A stretch of 64,000 bases of DNA, taken from an uncultured bacterium. Its GTDB lineage: Bacteria > Patescibacteriota > Minisyncoccia > Moranbacterales > UBA2206. Location of the stretch: positions 7,886 through 71,885 of the forward strand of contig CAIKZD010000007.1 of the NCBI GenBank assembly GCA_903831805.1, written 5' to 3'. This document shows, one piece after another, positions 30,192 to 40,493 of the stretch. The position numbers and the translations under genes were made by a program. The notes below the pieces were generated by a model. The model made no database searches, had not been told where the DNA came from, and saw nothing but the letters and a program-made list of their open reading frames with translations. Every line of letters starts with the position of its first letter. The stretch's first letter is position 1.

Positions 30192-30386
30192 ATGAAACAA
30201 CTATCATGTAAAGATATGGGTGCGGCGGAGTGCGATTTTGTGGCAACTGGCAACACGGCCGAAGAATTGAAAGACAAGATGATGGAGCACGCTAAAATGG
30301 AACATAGTGACATGCTGGACAGCATGTCGGATGACGAAAAATCCGGGATGATGAAAAAAATGGATGCTATGATGAAGGATGTGTGA
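30192..30386 (+). CDS. DUF1059-family small protein
   Basis: MKQLSCKDMGAAECDFVATGNTAEE. SD AGGAGG lies 9 nt upstream. Confidence 0.6.
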   Translation: MKQLSCKDMGAAECDFVATGNTAEELKDKMMEHAKMEHSDMLDSMSDDEKSGMMKKMDAMMKDV

Positions 30387-30394
30387 TTTTAAAA

Positions 30395-30422
30395 AAGAAC
30401 GGTTAGAGGAACCGTTCTTTTT
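30395..30422. terminator. Bidirectional terminator hairpin between convergent genes
   Basis: AAGAACGGTT-agag-GAACCGTTCTTTTT, with A-run and T-run flanks. Confidence 0.6.
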
Positions 30423-30462
30423 ATTGCTAAATATTAGCGTTGACGTATGGACTTGTGGCTGA

Positions 30463-30867
30463 CTAGGCTTTTCGCGCGACAGCTTTCTTGACAGTTTTGG
30501 CGACGCGCGCCGCATCCTTGGCCAGGTCGGCTTTGGCAGCGATGGCCAGCTTGCTCATAGTTCTCCAGTGTTTTTTGAGATCAACGGCCAAGGCTTCGAT
30601 TTCCGGCTGGGTGGCTTTTTTGCTTTTCTTGTATTCCTTAGTGACGGCGTCGATAATTTCCAGATAGATCGGTTCAGTGATTTCTTTAGCGGCTTCCAAT
30701 TTTTCCACCACTTCACCTTTCATCTTAATGGCCCAAGCTTTGGCATGTGCTCTCGTTTTCTTGCCACGCGGTCCGAAGACGAAATAGGCGGTGGCGGCCA
30801 CGCCGGCTAGGCTGGCTCCCAGGACGGCTAACTTGACGGCTGCGGATTTGTTCATTTTTGTTGGCAT
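30463..30867 (-). CDS. YtxH-like membrane-anchored protein
   Basis: N-terminal TM segment followed by a Lys/Ala-rich amphipathic region. Confidence 0.45.
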   Translation of the reverse strand: MPTKMNKSAAVKLAVLGASLAGVAATAYFVFGPRGKKTRAHAKAWAIKMKGEVVEKLEAAKEITEPIYLEIIDAVTKEYKKSKKATQPEIEALAVDLKKHWRTMSKLAIAAKADLAKDAARVAKTVKKAVARKA

Positions 30868-30893
30868 ATTTTTTAATTAAATTACTTAACGAA

Positions 30894-31172
30894 TTATTTT
30901 GTCTTTTTGCTTTTCTTTCTGGGCGCGGGTGAAAAAAACATGCGGAAAAGCAGATTGCTTTCTAATTTTTCTTTGAGGTCAAAAATGAATTCTTCCGATT
31001 CCTTGAAATGCGTCTGCAGTTTTTCGGAAATGGCATAGAGGTTCTGGCCTGCCCGGATGAAATAGAACAAGGCGACGGCCAAGAGGACGGTCAAAATCAC
31101 CGTGGCCACGGATGAGATGAAAAAGAAAATGTCTGCTTTTATGAGTGTGTCCATATCCATATTATACAGCAC
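30894..31172 (-). CDS. Small membrane protein (DUF948-like)
   Basis: ORF track. One TM segment and a basic tail. Confidence 0.4.
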   Translation of the reverse strand: MLYNMDMDTLIKADIFFFISSVATVILTVLLAVALFYFIRAGQNLYAISEKLQTHFKESEEFIFDLKEKLESNLLFRMFFSPAPRKKSKKTK

Positions 31173-31193
31173 AGTTGTTTTCCTGGCTAGGGT

Positions 31194-32018
31194 TTATATT
31201 TTTTTCAAAGCGGGAAGATCCGGGAAGCGCGTATCGTTTTGGATGAAGAGGCGATTGAGTCGGAGTGGATCCACTTGGTTTGCATTGCTTTCATTTACGG
31301 TAGTGACGGCGGTAGTATAGCCGGAGTTGGCGACGATATTTTCCACTGCTTGACTGATGGCGCCACCCGGATAACAAAAATCAGTGACGGGTGTGCCGGT
31401 GATTTGTTCTAATATTTTCTTGCTGGCATAAATCTCTTCTGCCGCTTTTTGGTCGCTAATGGTGGTGAGATTGGGATGTGACAGTGTGTGCGAGCCGAAA
31501 TTCATCCCAGCTTGCTGCATCTCCAAAATTTGCGCTTGGGTCAAAAAGCCGGGTTTATCTATATTGTTTACGATTAGATAAAAAGTAGCTTGGAAATGGT
31601 ATTTTTTTAAAAGAGGAAAAGCCGTATCATAGACATCGCGGTAGCCGTCGTCGAAAGTCAAGATGAGTGGTTTTTTATCAATTTTTTCAGGATGCGTTAG
31701 GTAGGCCGGCGTAACCGTCTGAAAATCATTGGCTGCTAGCCAGTCGAGTTGTGCTGTGAAATTTTCTGGCGAGACAAAGATACTCGGGCTGGAAGGATTT
31801 TGGCCGCCGGGATAGGCTTGAATGTGATGATACATCAAAATGGGCACGGCCGGCGTGAGTGAAATTTTTTGGGGTGTCACGGGGGAATTTAAATTAGCTG
31901 GAATGGCGGGCGGGGTTCGCAAGTGGTTTTCTTGGACGCTCAAAAACAACCGACGCATAATCAAAGATGTGCCTAGGAGAGAAAGAAGGATAAGGAAAAG
32001 AAAAAATGTTTTTTTCAT
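31194..32018 (-). CDS. Polysaccharide deacetylase (NodB-homology domain), secreted
   Basis: TFDDGYRDVYDTAFPLLKKY...FGSHTLSHPNL. Signal peptide follows the Met at 32018. Confidence 0.75.
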   Translation of the reverse strand: MKKTFFLFLILLSLLGTSLIMRRLFLSVQENHLRTPPAIPANLNSPVTPQKISLTPAVPILMYHHIQAYPGGQNPSSPSIFVSPENFTAQLDWLAANDFQTVTPAYLTHPEKIDKKPLILTFDDGYRDVYDTAFPLLKKYHFQATFYLIVNNIDKPGFLTQAQILEMQQAGMNFGSHTLSHPNLTTISDQKAAEEIYASKKILEQITGTPVTDFCYPGGAISQAVENIVANSGYTTAVTTVNESNANQVDPLRLNRLFIQNDTRFPDLPALKKI

Positions 32019-32122
32019 AATGCATTTCCAGTATAATTTAAAATCCCCGAAGTGACAACGCGTTTTTACCAAAATATCCGGCGACTTTACAATGTGTAGT
32101 TTTAATACTAAAATTATTTAAT

Positions 32123-33280
32123 ATGAAAAAGATCCAATATCTGAATGGTTTGCGGGGCGTAGCCGCCTTTGAAGTGGTTTTTCACCATTTTATCCTGGCT
32201 TTCTATCCCGCGCTTTTTTCCGGGCCCGGCATTGCGACGCATTTGGCGGCTGGCGAAGAGGTGGCCGCTTCGGGGTCGTTTTTGAATCTGTTGTGGGACG
32301 GGAATTTTGCTGTGTGCATCTTTTTTGTCTTGAGCGGTTTTGTCCTGAGTCATAAGTTTTTTCTCCGGAAAGAACGCGAGATCATTACGGCCAGTGCCGT
32401 GAAACGCTATTTCCGCTTGGCTTTGCCGGTGGCTTTCTCGGTGCTCCTGGCCTATATACTGATGAAACTATCTTTGTTCTATAATGATCCGGTTGCAACT
32501 CTGAGCGGCTCCGGCTGGCTTTCGGGCTTTTGGAATTTTCAACCTAATTTTCTCGATTCCTTGAAGCAAGCGTTTATTGGCTCGTTCTTCTTCAGCGTTT
32601 TTGATTATAATGCCATCTTGTGGACAATTGCCTGTGAGTTTCTGGGTTCATTTCTGGTGTTCGGTTTTTTAGCCATCTTTGGCAAAGCTCCGAAAAGATT
32701 TTGGGCGTATGCGTTTTTGATCCTAGTCTTTTTTCAAACCTATTACCTGGCTTTTATTCTTGGGATGCTCCTGAGTGATGTGATAGCGCACCGGCAAATG
32801 ATTTTGCGAAATTCCAAGACGAAGAAAGTTTGGCTCTCAGTCCTTATGGCCGCCGGATTATTCCTGGGCTCTTTTCCGATCGGTCGCGACCCGCAAGGCA
32901 CGGCGTATGCTTTTATGGATATGCCCTGGATGACCAGCGCCGCGACATTCTATCATATCGTGGGTGCTTTTTTTCTCATGATCGTGCTGCTCGATTCCAA
33001 AAAGATGCAACGCTTTTTTTCGTACAAATATTTTCTTTTCTTGGGTGAAATATCCTTCGCGATGTATTTGTTGCACTTTATCATCCTAGGCTCATTCTCT
33101 AGTTTTGTCTTTTTGAAACTGCAACCGGAGATGGCCTATTCCTACGCCGTAGCTTTGTCATTCTTGATCTCACTGCCGGTCATTCTCTTGGTGAGTTACG
33201 CTGCCTATGAATTGGTGGATAAGAAGGCGGTTAGATTTTCACATTTTTTGTATGAAAAATTGTTCGTGCATAAGCAATGA
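32123..33280 (+). CDS. Acyltransferase family 3 (OafA/OatA-like) membrane protein
   Basis: YLNGLRGVAAFEVVFHHF..., about 10 TM segments. Confidence 0.7.
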   Translation: MKKIQYLNGLRGVAAFEVVFHHFILAFYPALFSGPGIATHLAAGEEVAASGSFLNLLWDGNFAVCIFFVLSGFVLSHKFFLRKEREIITASAVKRYFRLALPVAFSVLLAYILMKLSLFYNDPVATLSGSGWLSGFWNFQPNFLDSLKQAFIGSFFFSVFDYNAILWTIACEFLGSFLVFGFLAIFGKAPKRFWAYAFLILVFFQTYYLAFILGMLLSDVIAHRQMILRNSKTKKVWLSVLMAAGLFLGSFPIGRDPQGTAYAFMDMPWMTSAATFYHIVGAFFLMIVLLDSKKMQRFFSYKYFLFLGEISFAMYLLHFIILGSFSSFVFLKLQPEMAYSYAVALSFLISLPVILLVSYAAYELVDKKAVRFSHFLYEKLFVHKQ

Positions 33281-33374
33281 AAAAGACGGAAAAGACCAGC
33301 GTTGACAGAAAAAGTGTTTTTGGGTGTATAATGGTATAGAATAGTTTTCAGCTTAATTATTAAACCTTAAAATT

Positions 33375-33797
33375 ATGAAAAAGGTGATGATGCTAACGCT
33401 AGTGACTCTTGGTGCTTTAGCGTTGAGCGGATGTGGCACGCAAAGCGGGGTTTCAAATGGCTACTCCAATACTAGTACCGATAACAATAGCACGCCGCCG
33501 AGTGCAAGCGCGCCTAGTGCGCCGGCTCCAACTCCAGCTGCGTCGGCTCCGATTGCAGCCAACGCTATCAGTATCCAAAATTTCGCTTTCAGTCCGGCGA
33601 CGTTGACGGTCAAAAAAGGGACAACGGTGACGTGGATGAATAATGACACGGCGACACATACTGTGAAATCAAGCTTGTTCACTTCGGGCAACCTGGCCAA
33701 AGGTGATACTTTCAAATTCACTTTTGACACCGTGGGCACTTTCAACTATTCTTGTGGTGTTCACCCTTCTATGATGGGCACAATAATCGTTCAGTAA
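33375..33797 (+). CDS. Cupredoxin-like (blue-copper) lipoprotein
   Basis: Lipobox LALSGC. The H..C..H..M ligand set is HTV...YSCGVHPSMMG. Confidence 0.6.
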   Translation: MKKVMMLTLVTLGALALSGCGTQSGVSNGYSNTSTDNNSTPPSASAPSAPAPTPAASAPIAANAISIQNFAFSPATLTVKKGTTVTWMNNDTATHTVKSSLFTSGNLAKGDTFKFTFDTVGTFNYSCGVHPSMMGTIIVQ

Positions 33798-33944
33798 TAT
33801 GGTCCACTCGTTTGCCTATAGCTACAAAAACAGGGAAATTTTTCCCTGTTTTTTGTTTTATTTGTGTTTTTATCGGATTTGTGGCATGATGGGGAAAAGG
33901 AATCCTCCTTGTAATTTTTGGTTTTAAAAATAACGCAAGACAAA

Positions 33945-35729
33945 ATGGCTGAAAAAAAGGAAAAATTGGAGAAGAAGATTGATCTTAAAGCCTTTTGGGT
34001 GAAGATTTGGAAGTTGCTTGAGCCGAGCCGCACCCAAATCAAAAAACTGTTGATTTTGATTTTCTTTTTGGAGGGCGTGCAATTGATCGGGCCGTATCTC
34101 CTGAAAATGATTATTGATAAATTGACCGTTTTTGACGTGGCGCAAATTGGTGTGATTGTGGCGCTCATCGGTCTGATGTTTTTGATCAATGAGACATCCT
34201 CTTTTTTGAACTATTTTGCCGACAAAAAAATATTCAGAATTCTGGTGGACGCCGTGGCTTATCTTTCCAATAACGCCTTGCACAAGATGGTTTTTTTGGA
34301 TCTGGGTTATCATGAAAAAGAGAACACGGGGAATAAGATCATCAAGATTAAGCGCGGCGTGGACAAAGTGGAAAATCTTTTCGGCAATTTTTTCTGGGAA
34401 GTGGCGCCGACAATTTTTCAAATAGTACTCACCGCCGGCATTCTTTTCTGGGTGAATTGGATTTTCGGCGTGGTCATTCTGATTTTTGTGCCCGCTTTCA
34501 TTCTATTGACTCTCAAAGTGAACAAATTGGTTTTTCCGTTCCGCAGCAAGCGCTTCGATGATGAAGAAGTGGCGGCGGGTCTGATGACACAAGCGATCAT
34601 TAACATCAACACGGTCAAATCATTTGTGCAGGAAATGCGAGAATACAAAACTTTCATGCGCTCTACCGAGAATGTTAAAAATAGCGTCATGCAGGAGTTT
34701 GGCCATATCTTGAAATATAATGTGGCCCGGAATTTAGTGATTGATCTCGGTCGCGGTTTTGTCCTTTTGTTCGGGATTTTTTTGGTCATTCGCGGACACA
34801 TTACAGTGGGCAGTTTGGTCTTCGTGTATACCATTTCGGAAAAAGCTCTCGTTTCTCTTTTCCGCATTTCGCGCCTGTATGACCGCATCATGGAATCGGC
34901 GGACGCGGTGGAGCGGCTGCATACGCTTTCCCTGGAAGAGCCACAGATCAAAAATCCGGAGCGCGGCTTCAAACCAAAAAAAGTGGCAGGTCTTATCGAA
35001 TTTAAAGGGGTTAATTATAGCTATCAAGAAGCGAGCTTTAAGGCTTTAGACGACGTCAGTTTCAAGATTTGTTCCGGGTGTGTGACGGCCTTAGTGGGAC
35101 CCAGCGGCGGCGGCAAGACGACGGTGGTGCGGATGATCTATCGCCATTATGATCCGGCTAGCGGAGCCGTGCTTTTGGACGGAAAAGATTTACGGGAGTA
35201 TGATCTCTATGGTTTTCGAAAATTTATTTCGATCGTGCCGCAAGAAGTGGAAATGTTCAACACGAGTGTGCGGGAAAATATCTCTTACGCCAAGCCCGGT
35301 GCGGCCCTCTCGGAAATTAAAGCAGCGGCGCGCATTGCCAACGCCGAAGAATTTATCGCTAATCTGCCGGACGGTTATGATACGATGGTGGGCGAACGCG
35401 GCATCAAATTGTCCGGCGGCCAGCGTCAGCGGATCGGCATCGCCCGCGCCATTTTGGCTAATCCGCGCATTTTGATTTTTGATGAAGCCACTTCCAGCCT
35501 GGATTCCTATTCCGAGCGTCTCATCCAAGAAGCGATGGAAAAAATTAGCCGCAACCGCACAGTCATCATCATTGCCCACCGCTTGAGCACTATTAAGAAA
35601 GCTGATAAGATCGTAGTGTTGGAACATGGTCGCGTCGTGGAAGAAGGCAGTCACACCGAGTTGGCCCAGATCAAAGGCGGGCTGTATCAGAAACTGATCA
35701 ACTTGCAGAAGATGGGGGATGTGGAGTAG
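33945..35729 (+). CDS. ABC exporter, fused permease/ATPase (MsbA-like)
   Basis: Six TM segments, then Walker A GPSGGGKTT, signature LSGGQRQRIGIARA and Walker B ILIFDEATSSLD. Confidence 0.85.
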   Translation: MAEKKEKLEKKIDLKAFWVKIWKLLEPSRTQIKKLLILIFFLEGVQLIGPYLLKMIIDKLTVFDVAQIGVIVALIGLMFLINETSSFLNYFADKKIFRILVDAVAYLSNNALHKMVFLDLGYHEKENTGNKIIKIKRGVDKVENLFGNFFWEVAPTIFQIVLTAGILFWVNWIFGVVILIFVPAFILLTLKVNKLVFPFRSKRFDDEEVAAGLMTQAIININTVKSFVQEMREYKTFMRSTENVKNSVMQEFGHILKYNVARNLVIDLGRGFVLLFGIFLVIRGHITVGSLVFVYTISEKALVSLFRISRLYDRIMESADAVERLHTLSLEEPQIKNPERGFKPKKVAGLIEFKGVNYSYQEASFKALDDVSFKICSGCVTALVGPSGGGKTTVVRMIYRHYDPASGAVLLDGKDLREYDLYGFRKFISIVPQEVEMFNTSVRENISYAKPGAALSEIKAAARIANAEEFIANLPDGYDTMVGERGIKLSGGQRQRIGIARAILANPRILIFDEATSSLDSYSERLIQEAMEKISRNRTVIIIAHRLSTIKKADKIVVLEHGRVVEEGSHTELAQIKGGLYQKLINLQKMGDVE

Positions 35730-35861
35730 TTCGGGTTTTGTTTTTAAAAAAGTTGTCTGAACTCGAACGTGATTTTTTTGGCAAAAATTTCCTAAGTCGA
35801 CGGCTGGTACGAAAATTTTTGATAAAAATCACGTTCTCAAACAGAAATAACTTTTTTAAAA
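35725..35861. repeat. ~137-nt nested inverted repeat (long hairpin) in the intergenic region
   Basis: Outer arms GGGTTTTGTTTTTAAAAAAGTT / AACTTTTTTAAAAACAAAACCC match exactly over 22 nt. Inner arms GAACGTGATTTTT... / ...AAAAATCACGTTC. Confidence 0.7.
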
Positions 35862-35909
35862 ACAAAACCCTCGCATGAGATAAGAGGGATAAAAATTATA
35901 AATAAAAAA

Positions 35910-36776
35910 ATGAAAAAGATTCCAATTTATTTGAAGCTCCTTATTGTTTTTGTCTTAGTAGTGCTTTTATCCGCCTTTGTGAAGGGAAAAAGTTCCTTTG
36001 ATTTTTCTCAAATCGTGGCTTATGTGATTTTAATCATTACTGTTTTTAGCTTCGGTTTGTTCATGATGTTTTCTTTGGAAAATCGCAAAGAAAGGATCAA
36101 TTCCATTAAGAATTCACTGCGCAAACAAGATGCCCATCTGTTTAACATTCATCAATTTTCCAAATATTTCGAAGCTAGTGTGACGCAAAAAATAGTCAAT
36201 CATATCGATAGTTTTTTGATGACCCAGATAGATTATAAGATTGAGGATATCGATATATCTAGTGAAAGTTTGGCTGAGTTTTTTGATATGGTCAGGCAGA
36301 TTGAAACAAAGACGGAAGAACAAAAGGAAGTAAAAACGAGAATCCTAGATAATCTGGAAAATATCAGCCTGATTATAAAAGAAGTCTCTTTCAAGGCGAT
36401 GGACAAAATGAGCAAATATGAGTGGGTCAGTCTGTTAGCTTTATTTTTTGTGATTATTTTTGGCTTGTTCTATGAAAACACCAATTCTTTCATTTGCATC
36501 TTGATGATTTCCATCATTGCTACAGCGCTAGCTCTGCTGTTATTTATCTTGAGAGAGCTGGACACATTGCATTGGCAAGAGCAGAATTGGATCTGGAATC
36601 CACTGACTAATTTATTCAAGGAACTGGGTTTAACGCCATATTTTCCGGAAATAATTTTTACCACCAATAGAGTTGCGATTGGAAAGATAAAAGGACTGAC
36701 CAAAGCCAGGATTGCTGTCTATAAATATCCTTATCCGGATTTCAGAGGTAAGAAGATTAGGATCGTGAAACTGTAA
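35910..36776 (+). CDS. Hypothetical membrane protein
   Basis: ORF track. Three or four TM segments. Confidence 0.45.
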   Translation: MKKIPIYLKLLIVFVLVVLLSAFVKGKSSFDFSQIVAYVILIITVFSFGLFMMFSLENRKERINSIKNSLRKQDAHLFNIHQFSKYFEASVTQKIVNHIDSFLMTQIDYKIEDIDISSESLAEFFDMVRQIETKTEEQKEVKTRILDNLENISLIIKEVSFKAMDKMSKYEWVSLLALFFVIIFGLFYENTNSFICILMISIIATALALLLFILRELDTLHWQEQNWIWNPLTNLFKELGLTPYFPEIIFTTNRVAIGKIKGLTKARIAVYKYPYPDFRGKKIRIVKL

Positions 36777-36795
36777 GGAATATTATCCAATCATT

Positions 36796-37548
36796 ATGTA
36801 CACCCAGTATTCCCACAACTTAATAATCTCGGCCGATGATTTTGGGGTGAGCGCGGAAGCCAACCGGAATATTTTAATTTTGGCGAAAGAAAATAAAATT
36901 GACCGCGCGGGGGTGATGATGGGCGGGCGAATTTCGCGGGAGGAAGCGGCAGCGCTTTCGGCGTCGGGAATCAAGATTGACATTCATCTGCATCTTTTGG
37001 ACGCGGATTATTTTGCCAAGAGAAGCGGGGAGTCTGATCGAAATGCTTTAAGGCGGATTTTTTTGTTTGCTCTGGATGTGCTGAGTGGTCGCTATGCACC
37101 AGGCAAAGTGAAACTTATTTGGAAAAAACAGATCGAAGATTTCCATGCAATGTTCGGCCGCTATCCGGACGGCCTCAATTCACACGAACATATGCATTTT
37201 TTCCCACCATTTTTCCGGGTGGCGCTGTCACTCAAAGAAAAGTTCGGCATTTCTTTCATGCGTTTGGGGAAATGGGAATACAAAACCGGCCTAAATTTCA
37301 CGTTGGTGGCTTTGATTTTGAACACGCTGCGGCGCATCAATGCCCGCGTGAATCAGATTTTTGTCACGCCGCCGCATATTGCCAAAGACGTGCCGGAGGT
37401 GCTCAACACTGCCGATTTTTTAGCCAGCTTTGATTGGATTTCCGACCGGGAAAAATTTTTTGAGAACTTACCCAATCCCGGGCAAACGGAGTTGGTTTTT
37501 CACCCGGAACGGCCGGAAGAGTTGGCCTTCCTGGAAGAGAATTTTTAG
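36796..37548 (+). CDS. YdjC/ChbG-family carbohydrate deacetylase-like protein
   Basis: LIISADDFGVSAEANRNIL...GIKIDIHLHL. Confidence 0.6.
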   Translation: MYTQYSHNLIISADDFGVSAEANRNILILAKENKIDRAGVMMGGRISREEAAALSASGIKIDIHLHLLDADYFAKRSGESDRNALRRIFLFALDVLSGRYAPGKVKLIWKKQIEDFHAMFGRYPDGLNSHEHMHFFPPFFRVALSLKEKFGISFMRLGKWEYKTGLNFTLVALILNTLRRINARVNQIFVTPPHIAKDVPEVLNTADFLASFDWISDREKFFENLPNPGQTELVFHPERPEELAFLEENF

Positions 37549-37563
37549 TCTAGAATTAAACTT

Positions 37564-37737
37564 ATGAAAGCACTTATAATGTTTGGCATGATAGCTGGGT
37601 CTTATGTGGGCAGTTTTATCCCGCTACTTTGGGGCGGCAGCCTGCTTTCGCTGTCCTCGATCTTATTCGGCGGCATTGGCGGCTTATTCGGCATCTGGGC
37701 GGGATATCGCGCCGCGCAAAGTCTGGGAGTGGGTTAA
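37564..37737 (+). CDS. Small (57 aa) Gly-rich membrane protein
   Basis: My own translation: MKALIMFGMIAGSYVGSFIPLLWGGSLLSLSSILFGGIGGLFGIWAGYRAAQSLGVG*. It is not in the ORF track because it is under 60 aa. Confidence 0.3.
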   Translation: MKALIMFGMIAGSYVGSFIPLLWGGSLLSLSSILFGGIGGLFGIWAGYRAAQSLGVG

Positions 37738-37752
37738 AAAATAAAAAAAACT

Positions 37753-38361
37753 ATGCAAGTCCTATCACAATTACTTTTGCAAATCGGGCTGGGAGTGGTC
37801 GCTTACAAATACGCTCTCCTATTTTTCGGCGCCATTGCCGAGGGACCGGTCCTTATGGTGTCCGCCGGTTTTATGCTGCACCTGGGCCTCTTAGACTTTT
37901 GGCCGACCTATCTTGCATTGCTCATTGGGGATTGGATCGCGGATTTTTTCTGGTACGGAGTGGGATATTTCGGGGCGAAAAAATTCGTTTGGAAATATGG
38001 TCACTTCATTAGCTTGGATCGCGACCGCGTGGCTGAATTGGAGAAGAAATTCCACGCCCATAAGAATAAGATCCTTTTTCTTTCCAAGATGACCATGGGC
38101 TTCGGTTTCGCCCTGGTCACTTTGATTTCCGCCGGCATGGCGAAAGTGCCTATCAAGAATTACGCCCTGTTCAACTTATTAGGCGGTCTGGTGTGGACCG
38201 GACTACTTATCGGGCTGGGTTATATCCTGGGCGGGGCTTATGTTTATGTGAATGAAGGCTTTAGAATTATGTTTATCTTTATGGCGGTCGTTTTAATCTC
38301 TCTTCTATTGTTCGGTTTCGGGCGGTTTATGCGCTACGAATTTTTTAAGAAAAATATATAA
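37753..38361 (+). CDS. DedA-family membrane protein
   Basis: GPVLMVSAGFML...LIGDWIADFFWYGVGYFG... is DedA-like. Confidence 0.65.
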   Translation: MQVLSQLLLQIGLGVVAYKYALLFFGAIAEGPVLMVSAGFMLHLGLLDFWPTYLALLIGDWIADFFWYGVGYFGAKKFVWKYGHFISLDRDRVAELEKKFHAHKNKILFLSKMTMGFGFALVTLISAGMAKVPIKNYALFNLLGGLVWTGLLIGLGYILGGAYVYVNEGFRIMFIFMAVVLISLLLFGFGRFMRYEFFKKNI

Positions 38362-38528
38362 TTTAGGACTTGTACGTTTGTCTTCGCCAAAACATGCTTC
38401 GGCGCGGCAGCTCGGATATATAGAATGATTCCGATAGTAATCAAGAATTTATTATATAACTAAAAATTCACACGCCTACGTAAACATTTTGGCTCAGCCA
38501 AACGCACAAGTCCTGTAACTAAGTTTTT

Positions 38529-39758
38529 CTATTTTATCTCTCCCACTATTTTTTCCAAGGCAATGATGCGGCTGTCTTTTTCATTGCGTTTTTTGATTTC
38601 TGCGCCGCCAGCCGCCAGGGATTTTTCACTGAGCACTAGACGAATCGGGATGCCGATCAGATCAGCGTCGGCAAATTTTTGACCGGCCGTGACGTCGCGG
38701 TCATCATAGAGCACCTCGATATTATTCTCCAAAAGTTCAGCGTAAATTTTTTCCGCGGCTTCATTTTTGCCGAGACTGAGCAAGTGGACTTGGAAGGGGG
38801 CGACTGATTCCGGCCAAATGATGCCCCGGTCGTCGTGACATTTCTCCACGATAATGCCAACCAGGCGCGTGATGCCGATGCCGTAACAACCCATGATTGG
38901 ATATTGGCTGGCCCCATTTTGGTCGGTGAAAGTGAGTTCAAAGTCTTTGCAATATTTCTGGCCTAAATCGAAAACATTGCCAGCTTCCGATGCGCGGGCT
39001 TTTTTCAGTTTTTCTTTGTGGCATTTGGGGCAAGCTTCACCTTCCGTCTCCTTGGCAATTTCCACGTTGACGCAGAAGTTGCATCCGTCGCAGTACAAAA
39101 TGTCATCTTCGCCGGCGTTAGTGATCACCATGAATTCGTAGGAAATTTTTTGGGTGAAACTGCCGCCCGAAGCTTCAGTTACTTTGGCATCTAAACCTAG
39201 TCGCGCGTATATTTTCAGATAGGCCTCTTTGGCAATCTGGTAGTAACGATCAAAATCGGCCTGATCAGCGTGGAAACTGTAGAGATCTTTCATTTCGAAT
39301 TCTCGGCCGCGCAAAAGCCCGGATTTGGCGCGCAGCTCATCGCGATATTTCCAGTGGATTTGATAGAGAGACATCGGCAGATCTTTGTAAGAACTGATAA
39401 ATTTTTTGGCGAGAGGCGTGACAATTTCTTCTTCGCTTTGACCCAGAGCATAATCTTTTTCTGTCCGGCTTTTTATCTTGAACAGGACATCGATGTTGTC
39501 CCAGCCTCCGGTAGTTTTCCAATTTTCCGAAGGATGAAGGGTGGGCATAACAATCTCTTGCCCGCCGATGGCGTCCATTTCCTCGCGCACAACGGTGCGC
39601 ACCTTGTTCAGCACGCGCCGTCCGAGTGGCAGATAGGTGTAATTGCCAGCCATCAATTTATCGACAAAACCGGCCCGCGTCAGGAGTTGGGCGTTGACGG
39701 TGATTTCATCTTTGGGTGCATTTTTTTGGGTTTTAGTGAAAAGAGTGGATTGTTTCAT
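38529..39758 (-). CDS. proS: Prolyl-tRNA synthetase (short form without editing insertion)
   Basis: Class II motifs: ...FRDELRAKSGLLRGREFEMKDLYSF... and GCYGIGITRL. Has an anticodon-binding C-terminus. Confidence 0.85.
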   Translation of the reverse strand: MKQSTLFTKTQKNAPKDEITVNAQLLTRAGFVDKLMAGNYTYLPLGRRVLNKVRTVVREEMDAIGGQEIVMPTLHPSENWKTTGGWDNIDVLFKIKSRTEKDYALGQSEEEIVTPLAKKFISSYKDLPMSLYQIHWKYRDELRAKSGLLRGREFEMKDLYSFHADQADFDRYYQIAKEAYLKIYARLGLDAKVTEASGGSFTQKISYEFMVITNAGEDDILYCDGCNFCVNVEIAKETEGEACPKCHKEKLKKARASEAGNVFDLGQKYCKDFELTFTDQNGASQYPIMGCYGIGITRLVGIIVEKCHDDRGIIWPESVAPFQVHLLSLGKNEAAEKIYAELLENNIEVLYDDRDVTAGQKFADADLIGIPIRLVLSEKSLAAGGAEIKKRNEKDSRIIALEKIVGEIK

Positions 39759-39859
39759 GGCTTCTTATTGTGATTATATTTTATATAGTTATGATATTCG
39801 CAATTTGTGGCCTTGTCAAAAGAAAGCCTTAATCAAGCTGAAGAAAGACAGGCAGTGTT

Positions 39860-40417
39860 TTATACTAGGATAAAGCTCTCTATTTCCCGGAAAATTTCTT
39901 CTGAAATGTCCGATATGGTGGTCATTTCGTCGGCGGAAAATTTTCCCAGAACGAAATCGTGGGCGGTCGCTAAACGACAATCATTCGCATCTTCAGCTGA
40001 TTGACCGATGCCAATCCGCAATCGGCGGAATTTTTGGGTGCCGAGTTGGTCGATGATATTTTGTACGCCATTATGGCCGGCTGAAGAAGAATTGGTAGCC
40101 AGTTTAAATTTTCCCAAGGCGATATCCAGGTCGTCATGGATGATGAGCAGATCATCCGGCGTGAGTTTATAAAAACTCAAAATCGCTTGCGCGGCCACGC
40201 CGGAAAGATTCATGAAAGTTTGTGGTTTGACCAGGAGGATTTCTATACCATCAATTTGGCCTTTGGAAATTTCCGCTTGGAAATTTTTTTTGAATTCAAA
40301 ACTAGGGAAAGCATATTTTTCTTGGATTTTATCCACCAGGAAAAACCCGACATTATGACGAGTGCCGGCGTATTTATTTTCAGGATTGCCAAGACCTACA
40401 ATTAGTTTCATAAACAA
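39860..40417 (-). CDS. pth: Peptidyl-tRNA hydrolase
   Basis: MKLIVGLGNPENKYAGTRHNVGF... Confidence 0.85.
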   Translation of the reverse strand: MFMKLIVGLGNPENKYAGTRHNVGFFLVDKIQEKYAFPSFEFKKNFQAEISKGQIDGIEILLVKPQTFMNLSGVAAQAILSFYKLTPDDLLIIHDDLDIALGKFKLATNSSSAGHNGVQNIIDQLGTQKFRRLRIGIGQSAEDANDCRLATAHDFVLGKFSADEMTTISDISEEIFREIESFILV

Positions 40418-40493
40418 AAGATAATGTTTTAATTATGGATTTTTTAATTCACGTGCAATCAGTAAAATCATGCGTTAATCAGTGGTTCTGATT

